Shown here piece after piece: positions 8,721 through 16,539 of a stretch of 55,311 nucleotides of DNA. The position numbers and the translations under genes were made by a program. Source of the DNA: Acidobacteriota bacterium (GTDB lineage: Bacteria; Acidobacteriota; Thermoanaerobaculia; Multivoradales; UBA5704). Numbering within the stretch: the stretch's first letter is position 1; every line of letters begins with the position of its first letter. The notes below the pieces were generated by a model. That model made no database searches, was not told the DNA's origin, and saw only the letters and a list, made by a program, of their open reading frames with translations. Location: positions 1 to 55,311 of the forward strand of contig JBDTZG010000035.1 in NCBI GenBank assembly GCA_040005235.1, read 5' to 3'.

Positions 8721-9000
8721 CGCGCTCGCGCCGCTTCTGGTAACGACGCACTGCGGCCTCGAGTTTCGGTCGACGCCGATCGTCATCCAGGGCGGCGAGG
8801 AAGGCCTCCCAGTCGCGAGCCGTCAACCTCAGGGTCTCATGTTCGGCAACCACCTCTTTGGCCCGGTCGGCGGCGATGGACACCAGGAAGCTCGACAACG
8901 ACATTCCGCGATACGACGCCGCTCGGGAGAGGAGGGATTTGAGCCCGGCGGACACCCTTAGGTCGATTCTTTCGTCGCGCTGGTCGGTTGCAACGGACAT
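8710..9000 (-). CDS. DUF1778 antitoxin (TacA/AtaR-like)
   Basis: ERIDLRVS..K.LL.RAA...GMSLSSF..., L...DWEAFLAALD; upstream of the GNAT toxin. Confidence 0.9.
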   Translation of the reverse strand: MSVATDQRDERIDLRVSAGLKSLLSRAASYRGMSLSSFLVSIAADRAKEVVAEHETLRLTARDWEAFLAALDDDRRRPKLEAAVRRYQKRRERDAG

Positions 9001-9130
9001 GACTCACCTCGCTGGACTCGACGATAGCATGTACGGAGAAAGTACGGTGCGCCGCGTGAAACTCCATGCTGGAACCCGAGCCGGTGCTTCCCGCGGCGCT
9101 CGGCGCATACCTCTTTTGCCGATCCGAGCT

Positions 9131-10957
9131 TCAGATGCGCGGCATGATGCGGAGCGACGGCCGGGGCTGCGGAATCCGCGGTTTGCTCCACGGCGCGTCG
9201 GGCCAGCTCTCGACCAGCTTCAGCAGCTCGATCGCCCGTTCGAGCGCTTCGGCCGAGTGGGAAAGCGGATAGTGGGCGGGCGTCGGGCCGTATCGCTTGA
9301 GGAAGTCGGCGAAGTTTTCGTCGATGTCGTTGCCGCGGAACCGGTCGGCCATTCGGCCCAGCTGGAGATGGATTTCCGGCAGGGTCGATCGGTAGCGGAC
9401 CCAGCGATGCAGGTCCCAATTGAACTGCTCGACCAGGGCGCGGCCGGCCCACTGACCGCGCTCGGCGAGCTGTCCGATTCGCTCGGCCGGCATTTCCAGG
9501 TTGAGCCCGCCTTCCTCCTTCGACAGCTGCACGTGGACCACCCGATCGCGATAGCCGGGCAGGCGCGTCTGGGTCGCGTCGACCCAGTTCTGCATCAGAT
9601 GGATCAGGGCGCTTAAGAAGCCGAACAGGCCCTGGAATCGATACCACTCGGGGGCCACTTCTTCGCCGGGCGCGCTCGGGAAACGGACGTTCTTCGATTC
9701 GTCGGCCTGAGGGGCCCCGCCGCGCGCGAACGGGCGCAAATTGATGCCGAAGGTCGGCCGCGAGGGGAGCAGGGCGTCGAAGAAATGAACCGGAAAATTG
9801 CTGCCCAAGCCCCCGTCGGAAAACCAGCAACGCTCATAGTCCGGATGCAGGCGGTCCTGGTGGTTCTCGCTCCGCCCCCAATCGACCGCGTAGAGCGGCA
9901 CCGCGGAGAGCAGGAACGGAAACGACAGGCTCATGCGGACGGCGACGACGACCGGCACATCCGCCGCCTTGGGCAGTTTGAACAGATCGTCCGGCGAGGC
10001 CGTCGGGCTGTGGGGAACGCCGGTCGCGGCCACCGAATGCTTCTCCATCCACTCGACGACGCGGGGCGGGAAGAGGTTCGCGAAATCTCCTCGGCGCCAG
10101 TGGAAGATTTCGCTCTCGAACGGCAGGCGGTAGGGTCGGCCGTGCATCAGGTTCGAGGTCATCATCTCCAGGTTGATCCGTCGTTTCGTGGGATCGGTGG
10201 CCGCCGCGTCCTTCTCCTCGCCCCATAGGTCGCCGAAGGTGAGCGGAAAGTCCGAAATGCGGCCTGCCGCGCGGTCGAGGGCTTCGTCCACCCAATCGAC
10301 GAGGGAGGAGGCGTCCGCGCGATTTCGGGGCTCGCGATAGCCGCTGCACAAGCCGAAGTGGTTCCGTTCGAGAGCGGGCCAGCCGGCGAGCGCGAGTCGC
10401 AGGGCGGCGCCAGAGAGCGCGCCGACCAGGACCAGGAGGACGAGCAGGACGATTCCGCCGAAGGTCGGCCGGCCGGCCAGAAGGGCGAGCAATCCGGCCC
10501 AGAGCGCGGCGCCGAACAGCCCCCCGGCGAGGGCGGCGAGCGGATGGCCGCGCCAGATCGCGACGAGGACCTGCCGGGCTTTGGCGAGCCGCCCGCCCGG
10601 CCCCAGGAATGCGAGGAGCAGAGCGAAGGCGGGGCGGGTCTCGCGGTTCGGCCGGAACAGCTCCAACAGGCCGGCGGCCAGGATTTCGGGCAGCTCGGCG
10701 ATGCGGAGGAATCCTCCGGTGGCGCTGTCGCGCCCCAGCTCCGCGGCCGCCGCGAGCGACGCCGCGATCGCCCCGGCGGAGGTTCCGCCGATGTTGACGA
10801 AGCGATATTTGCGAGCCAGCTCGGTGATCGCGAGCGGATAGACGACGCCGCTCGTGATACCCCCCTTCATCACCATGTCGCAGGTGAGGGAGGGAGAGCG
10901 GAAATCTTCCGGCTGATAGCGGGGGGAACGGACGACGGACGGCGGATCGGTGGCCAA
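9131..10957 (-). CDS. patatin-like phospholipase with membrane segments
   Basis: KGGITSG oxyanion loop, GTSAG nucleophile, DGG motif; internal TM hairpin; GGAGGT RBS before TTG. Confidence 0.88.
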   Translation of the reverse strand: MATDPPSVVRSPRYQPEDFRSPSLTCDMVMKGGITSGVVYPLAITELARKYRFVNIGGTSAGAIAASLAAAAELGRDSATGGFLRIAELPEILAAGLLELFRPNRETRPAFALLLAFLGPGGRLAKARQVLVAIWRGHPLAALAGGLFGAALWAGLLALLAGRPTFGGIVLLVLLVLVGALSGAALRLALAGWPALERNHFGLCSGYREPRNRADASSLVDWVDEALDRAAGRISDFPLTFGDLWGEEKDAAATDPTKRRINLEMMTSNLMHGRPYRLPFESEIFHWRRGDFANLFPPRVVEWMEKHSVAATGVPHSPTASPDDLFKLPKAADVPVVVAVRMSLSFPFLLSAVPLYAVDWGRSENHQDRLHPDYERCWFSDGGLGSNFPVHFFDALLPSRPTFGINLRPFARGGAPQADESKNVRFPSAPGEEVAPEWYRFQGLFGFLSALIHLMQNWVDATQTRLPGYRDRVVHVQLSKEEGGLNLEMPAERIGQLAERGQWAGRALVEQFNWDLHRWVRYRSTLPEIHLQLGRMADRFRGNDIDENFADFLKRYGPTPAHYPLSHSAEALERAIELLKLVESWPDAPWSKPRIPQPRPSLRIMPRI

Positions 10958-11011
10958 GCGAACCTCCCGCGTGCTCAGAGGGAAGGCCCCGGCGGGGTTA
11001 CCGCCGAGGGT

Positions 11012-12610
11012 TCAATCTTTCTGTTGGATCTGGCGCCGCAGAAGCTCGTTTTCGAACGCCATGCCAACCTGGGCGGTCGCCAGCTCCAAAATGTCGATGT
11101 CTTCGATCGGCTGGTTGCGGTCCCCGTTGTCGGCGTAGATTACCGAGATCACCCGCTGGGCGCCGAGGACCGGGAAGACCACGACTTGGCCGGCGCGCGG
11201 CGGACCGAGCAGAAGCCGCAGCTCTTCGGGGAGGGTCGCGCCGTCGAACGTGACGTTTTGCACCTCTCCGGAATCGAACGCCCGGGAGAGCGCGCTGTCG
11301 ACGTCGAGCGGCAGGTTTCTCCCCCGCGTCCGCTCGGCGAGCGGCCGGCCGTCCGCGGCGGCACCGAACGCGCCGAGCGCCACCAGGTGATCGCGCCGGA
11401 CGAGGAACAAAATCGCCCGCTCGACCGACTCGGAAATGATGTGCATCAGATTGAGCGCCACGGTGGCGGAGATCAAGCCGGAGCGCAGGTCGCCGTAGAC
11501 CCGGCGCAGCCGGGCGACGCCGGTCCGGACTTCGCGCTGCGGTTCGGGGGCCGGGGCGGCGGCGCCTCCGGAAATCCCTTCACGCCGGCTCTCCAGCAGG
11601 TTCTGGACACAGGCCGCGACAGCCTCGACCTCGGCCGGCAGGGTGGCGAGAAACCCCGCCCCATAGACCCGGGCGACGGGGGTTTCGGGATCGATCACTG
11701 CGACCAGCGAGGGGCGCGGATGCGAATCGGACAAGGCGCGGAACCGCTCCGGGGCGAGCGCGCCGTGGCGCAGGTCGGCGACCACGATCGGCGGCGCGTC
11801 GCCCGGCAGCGCCCGCCCGGCCTCGGCCAGCTCGACCACCCGGCAGCGCCCGCCCAGGCGGGCGAGCACCGGCAGCAGGCGGCGCAGGAACACCTCGTCC
11901 TCGCAGACGATCTGCACTTCGATCTCGGCGGCGAGCAGCAGCTCCTCGTCGAGCAGGGCTTCGACCGCGATCTCGCGATGGCTGACCGCGGCGGGAGCCG
12001 CGGACGCGGCGGCCCCATGCGCCGGAACCACCGTTGCGGGACCGATCGGCAGGGCGCCGGATCCAGTCGAGACGCCGGGCGGGTGGCTCAACGACTCGCG
12101 GCTCCGCTCGTCGAAGATTCGCGCCGCTTCGAGCAGCACCATCTGGGTGTTGATGTCGCCGTCCGGCAGCACGTCGCTCGGATAGATCGCGATGTCGTCG
12201 ATCGGCCGCAGATCGTCGATCGCGAAATCGAACGTGCCGGTTTCCCACAGCAGCACCTCGCCCACGCCTTGCTCGATCTGACGGGCGATCACGTCCCGCA
12301 GGCTCTCGGGGGAGAGAGCGCCGGATTCGATCAGCTGCTGGCCGAGCGAACGGCGCTCGGAGCCCGCGGCACGCTGTTTCCGGATCGCCTCGTCGAGGTC
12401 CACCCGGGAGATCAGCGCCGAGGAGACCAGAAGGTCGCCGATCTTCGGCGTCTTCGGCGTCTGCGCGCTCACCAACCGGCCGAGATGGAAGCCGATCATC
12501 GCGCGGTCGCGACCGCGCAAAAGGTCCAGGGTTCCGGTCCGCCGACCGAGATGGATGAACTGCATGACGTCGGCGACCGAGACGTCCTGGAGGCTGCCGG
12601 AGATCCCCAT
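11012..12610 (-). CDS. DUF4388 (PatA-N) domain protein with degenerate receiver-like and GAF-like domains
   Basis: N-terminal GSLQDVSVADVMQFI..GRRTG.L and W..GTFDF..LLEAARIFDE; C-terminal GAF-like VIYADN. Confidence 0.82.
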   Translation of the reverse strand: MGISGSLQDVSVADVMQFIHLGRRTGTLDLLRGRDRAMIGFHLGRLVSAQTPKTPKIGDLLVSSALISRVDLDEAIRKQRAAGSERRSLGQQLIESGALSPESLRDVIARQIEQGVGEVLLWETGTFDFAIDDLRPIDDIAIYPSDVLPDGDINTQMVLLEAARIFDERSRESLSHPPGVSTGSGALPIGPATVVPAHGAAASAAPAAVSHREIAVEALLDEELLLAAEIEVQIVCEDEVFLRRLLPVLARLGGRCRVVELAEAGRALPGDAPPIVVADLRHGALAPERFRALSDSHPRPSLVAVIDPETPVARVYGAGFLATLPAEVEAVAACVQNLLESRREGISGGAAAPAPEPQREVRTGVARLRRVYGDLRSGLISATVALNLMHIISESVERAILFLVRRDHLVALGAFGAAADGRPLAERTRGRNLPLDVDSALSRAFDSGEVQNVTFDGATLPEELRLLLGPPRAGQVVVFPVLGAQRVISVIYADNGDRNQPIEDIDILELATAQVGMAFENELLRRQIQQKD

Positions 12611-12617
12611 CGCGGTT

Positions 12618-13379
12618 TTAAGCTCCCCGCGCCAGCTTGACCAGGCTTTCGAGCGTCCGCAGCTTCCGATCCTTCGCCGCGAACAGCCGGGCGGCGAACA
12701 GGGCGGAGGCGGCGTGCGCGGAGAGCAGGTCGAGCAGGTCGCGGTCTTCGGGCCGCAGGATCGGCTTATGGTCCAGCAGCTTCAAGAGCACGATCGCGCC
12801 GACGATCTCTTGTTGCACCCGCAGGGGGACCGCGGCGAGGGCGGGCGAGTCTTCGGTCGGACCGAGGCGGAGCAAGCCGTCTTGGAGCGTCGCGTCGATC
12901 ATCCGATCGCCGCCTTGGTAGGAGTCGCCGGCAAACGGGGCCTGGCCGCCCGGTCCCAAGCCCTGGCGCAGGGCGATCTCGTAATCGTCCCCTTCTTCGC
13001 GCCGGAGCAGGAGGACGAACTGCTGGGCGCCCAAAAGGTCGATCGCGATCTCGGCGATCGTCGCCTGCACCTCGGGGGGCGAGAGCGTCGCATGCAGCTG
13101 GTAGGTGGCGACGTAGAGGCTCATCAAGCGGCCCGACTGGTGCTCGGATTCGACCAGCCGGGAGGCGAGCTCCTTGACGTCGGAATCGGTGGTCGACAGG
13201 CGGTGTTCCAGCTCTCGGATGCGCTCCGCGGGCTTCGCCACCAGCGGCTCCTGGGCCGTGAAGCTCCCTTCGAGCGCGCGCAGCAGGTCGTTGGCGCGCT
13301 CGACTGTCGTGCGCAGTTGCTCGACCAGGTCGATCTGCAGGTCCGGCCGATGGCCGGCGAGGGCGTCGATCTCGCTCAA
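12618..13379 (-). CDS. coiled-coil plus GAF domain protein
   Basis: heptad N-terminus, LYVATYQLHATL, AAVPLRV...VGAIVL...DRDLLDLLSAHAASAL. Confidence 0.82.
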   Translation of the reverse strand: MSEIDALAGHRPDLQIDLVEQLRTTVERANDLLRALEGSFTAQEPLVAKPAERIRELEHRLSTTDSDVKELASRLVESEHQSGRLMSLYVATYQLHATLSPPEVQATIAEIAIDLLGAQQFVLLLRREEGDDYEIALRQGLGPGGQAPFAGDSYQGGDRMIDATLQDGLLRLGPTEDSPALAAVPLRVQQEIVGAIVLLKLLDHKPILRPEDRDLLDLLSAHAASALFAARLFAAKDRKLRTLESLVKLARGA

Positions 13380-13756
13380 GCGGAGGTCTCCGGGCCGGCC
13401 AGGCGGGAGATCACCTCAAGGATCTGCTCGGTGCGGAACGGCTTCGAGATGTAGGCGTCTGCGCCGGCTTCGAGCCCGCGCGCCGTGTCTTCTTCCCGCC
13501 CTTCGGTGCTGATGATGACCACCTTGATCTCGGCGTTCGCCCCATCCGCGCGCATTTCCGCGAGAAATTCGAGGCCCGTCATGTTGGGCATGTTGATGTC
13601 AAGCAGGATCAGGTCGATGTCCGGGTGCTCGCGCAGGCGATCGAGCGCCTCGCGGCCGTCGGCCGCGTAAACGAGGGGGTACTGGCGCAACATCACTTCG
13701 AACATCTTGCGCATCAGTTTCGAGTCGTCGACGACGAGGACTTTGCGTGGCTGCAC
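13376..13756 (-). CDS. single-domain response regulator (CheY-like)
   Basis: VLVVDDS, LILLDINMPNMTG, IST, YISKPF; GTG start with AGAGGA RBS. Confidence 0.92.
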   Translation of the reverse strand: MQPRKVLVVDDSKLMRKMFEVMLRQYPLVYAADGREALDRLREHPDIDLILLDINMPNMTGLEFLAEMRADGANAEIKVVIISTEGREEDTARGLEAGADAYISKPFRTEQILEVISRLAGPETSA

Positions 13757-13967
13757 GTTACTTCCTCTGGCAATCCGGCATGGAAATTCGCGAGTCTTTG
13801 TCGCCTTCCGGTCAACCTGAAGAAGGAGGCGCGCGGTCGGCGGGCGTGGAGCATGCCAACGTGCTTGCCGATCGGCGGATTGTAGCGACAGAGCCTGATC
13901 AATGCTATCGGTGCCGGGAACTGCCGAAAGCGGGCCACGTTTGGCGGAGATGGCCCGAAAGAGCGCC

Positions 13968-16400
13968 CTATTTCTCCTTGGCGAACGTGTAGAGGTTCTG
14001 GGCGGTGCTGAATTCAAGGACGGGCAGGTCGTCGGTATTTTCGATCTCGACCCGGCCGATGAAGCTCGGCAGCCGATCCGAAGGGATGTCCGGGTGGGAG
14101 AGCTTGATGACCAACTCGTCCGGCGACATCTCGATCTCGGAGAGGTCGGCGAGCACCCTGGGGTAGGCGAGGCGCGCACGGACTTTTTCCTCGTCCGCTT
14201 CGAGCGGCCGGTCCGAGGCGACGAGCAGAATGTCGCTCCCGATCGCCCAGAAACGGAGGTAAGGAAAGACCGATTGGATCGTGTGCAGGGTGATCCGGAA
14301 GTCGGGCGCCTGCATTTCGTAGAGCGGCATCCACTGGCAGAGGACCCCGCCGGGGTTCAAATGCGCCTTGGCCGAGCGGTAGAACTCCTGGGTGAACAGG
14401 CCGGAGACCCCGGAGACCCAGATATTGGGCGGCTCGGAGGAAATCACGTCGTAGGCGCGCCGCGAGCTGTCGACGTAGTTTCGGCCGTCGTTGGTGACAA
14501 TTTTGACCCGTGGATCGTCCAGCGCATGGTCGTTGAAGTCGCCGAAGTAGTTATGCGCCGCCGCGATGACCAGCGGGTCGATCTCGACCATGGTGATCGA
14601 TTCGAGGTCCGGGTTGTGGACCAACGCCCGCAGCGTGGCGCCGCCGCCCAGGCCGATCGCGAGCACCTGCTTCGGGTTCGGATGAAAGAACAGCGGCAGA
14701 TGACCGAGCAGGATCTGGGTCCGGTTGTCCTTGATGTTGGTCGAGGCGTCAGTCTTGCCGTTGTGCTTGAGCAGCAGGTCGGGGCCGAACTGCAGCACCG
14801 CGACCTGGCCGTAGAACCCCTGCTTGGCGTCGACCACGCTCATCTCCGCCAGCTCGGCCTGAAAGCTCTCCCAGGTACTGTCGCGCAGGCCGTGGTAGTA
14901 GACCGCGTGGATCGGCAGCTCGAAATGGAGCACGACGGGCGAGAGGACGACCGCAGCGATCAACAACGCCGCGCAGAGAACCGCAGCGCGGTTGCGCGAA
15001 GCACCCCCTGGCGACAGGGCGAGGAAGAGCAGCGTGCCGAGCGCGTAGATGGCGAGGGTGGCCAGCCCCAGGCCGGCGAAACCGAAGCGTGGCAGAAGGT
15101 AGAACTCGCCCAGGAAAGCGCCGAGCACCGCGCCGAGCGTGTTCCAGAAGAACACCCGGCCGACCGCGAAGCCGCGCCGTTCGGCGACCCGGGTGCAGAT
15201 CTTCGTGACCAGCGGGAAGTTCGCGCCCATCGCCACCGTGGCGGCAAAGACGATGCCGGCGATCACCAAAGAGACCAGGATCTGGAACAGGACGTAGGAA
15301 TTCGTCGCGCCGAAAATCGCGAGGTACATCCACTCGAAGAACGAGCCCGAGCGCAGGACCAGCACGCCGCCCAGGGCGATCACCGCGTAGGTGATCGCTA
15401 CAGCGGAGAGCGGATCGCGAATGCGGTCGATCCGCTTCCGCATCGCGAGGCTTCCGAGGCCGATGCCGGTCAAAAACCCGGTGAGCACGCTCGACAGCGA
15501 ATACACGCTGGTGCCGTTCATCAGGTAGAACAGGCGGTTCCAGCCGGTCTCCAGCAGAAGCGCCGCCAAGCCGGAAAGGAAGAACATTCCGAGCACCAGC
15601 CCCAGCCGCCAGGCCGGCCAGGGCTCGGCGTCGGGGAGGGGCAACGGCTCGGCGGCCGGCGCGGAGGTTTCCGCATCGACCTGGAGCTTCTTTTGCCGGA
15701 CCTTGTCCTTTTTGAAGTTCGAAACGCTCGCCGCCGCGGCCTCCTTGCGCTCACCCTCGGAAACCGCCGATCCCTTGAAGTTCGCGCCGAGGATCCACAA
15801 GCCGACAATCACGGCGAGCGCGCCGAGCATCCAGGTCGACATCGAAAGGCCAAAACCGGTGACGAAGACGAACCCGGAAAGCAGTGCACCGAGCGCGGCG
15901 CCCATCGTATCCAGCCCGTAGACCAGGGAAACGCTGCCGCCGACGTCCGCCGCGTCGCGGGTCAACAGGCGGACAGCGAGCGGAAACGTCGCGCCGATCG
16001 CGAGGGTGGGGGTGATCAGGACGACTAAAACGACCAAGAACTTCCAGAGCGCGGCCGACATCGGCCCCAGATCGTTGGGAAACGCCTGAAGGTAGAACCG
16101 GCGCGCGAGGTCGAAGATCGGCAGCGACAAAGCGACGTACACCCCGAGCGCGATCTGAATCCGCCCGAGCAGCGTCCAGGGTTGCCCTGTCAGGTCCGCC
16201 CACCGCCCGGCGATCAGCGCGCCGAGCGCGAGGCCGAGCAAGAAGACCGAAAGCACGGTCGAAAACACGCCGGCCGTCGAGCCGAACAAAAACGACAGCT
16301 TGCGCACCCAGATCACCTGGCACGCGAGCGACAGCAGGTTGGTGAAAAAAACGACCAGGTAGATGGCGTTCTTCCGGGTCTTTGCGCTGGAATTCGGCAT
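13968..16400 (-). CDS. fused multi-TM membrane domain / spermidine synthase-like protein
   Basis: two repeated multi-TM halves, then VLAIGLGGGAT, VEIDP, DGRNY, YDVISSEP. Confidence 0.88.
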   Translation of the reverse strand: MPNSSAKTRKNAIYLVVFFTNLLSLACQVIWVRKLSFLFGSTAGVFSTVLSVFLLGLALGALIAGRWADLTGQPWTLLGRIQIALGVYVALSLPIFDLARRFYLQAFPNDLGPMSAALWKFLVVLVVLITPTLAIGATFPLAVRLLTRDAADVGGSVSLVYGLDTMGAALGALLSGFVFVTGFGLSMSTWMLGALAVIVGLWILGANFKGSAVSEGERKEAAAASVSNFKKDKVRQKKLQVDAETSAPAAEPLPLPDAEPWPAWRLGLVLGMFFLSGLAALLLETGWNRLFYLMNGTSVYSLSSVLTGFLTGIGLGSLAMRKRIDRIRDPLSAVAITYAVIALGGVLVLRSGSFFEWMYLAIFGATNSYVLFQILVSLVIAGIVFAATVAMGANFPLVTKICTRVAERRGFAVGRVFFWNTLGAVLGAFLGEFYLLPRFGFAGLGLATLAIYALGTLLFLALSPGGASRNRAAVLCAALLIAAVVLSPVVLHFELPIHAVYYHGLRDSTWESFQAELAEMSVVDAKQGFYGQVAVLQFGPDLLLKHNGKTDASTNIKDNRTQILLGHLPLFFHPNPKQVLAIGLGGGATLRALVHNPDLESITMVEIDPLVIAAAHNYFGDFNDHALDDPRVKIVTNDGRNYVDSSRRAYDVISSEPPNIWVSGVSGLFTQEFYRSAKAHLNPGGVLCQWMPLYEMQAPDFRITLHTIQSVFPYLRFWAIGSDILLVASDRPLEADEEKVRARLAYPRVLADLSEIEMSPDELVIKLSHPDIPSDRLPSFIGRVEIENTDDLPVLEFSTAQNLYTFAKEK

Positions 16401-16480
16401 CGGGGGGCAGCTCTCCGCGTCAAGCAAGCGTCAGGCGCCCGGAATCATAGCCGGAAGGGGGGCCCCGCCGACCCAACCTG

Positions 16481-16508
16481 AAACAACAAAGGGGCCCGAA
16501 GGCCCCCT
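16481..16508 (-). terminator. intrinsic terminator after the TonB-dependent receptor gene
   Basis: minus strand GGGGCC-TTCG-GGCCCC followed by TTTGTTGTTT. Confidence 0.8.
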
Positions 16509-16539
16509 CGACAACAACTGCTGTGACGAAGCCGAGTTC

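Noticed and set aside
9131-10957. CBASS-type CapV effector
   Set aside because: There is no adjacent CD-NTase cyclase, and the RlaP-like genes are more than 30 kb away and belong to a different family
13757-14179. Upstream extensions of the response regulator and similar ORFs (6504, 8786, 23924, 45518 starts)
   Set aside because: Downstream starts with an RBS or gene coupling fit the domain boundaries better
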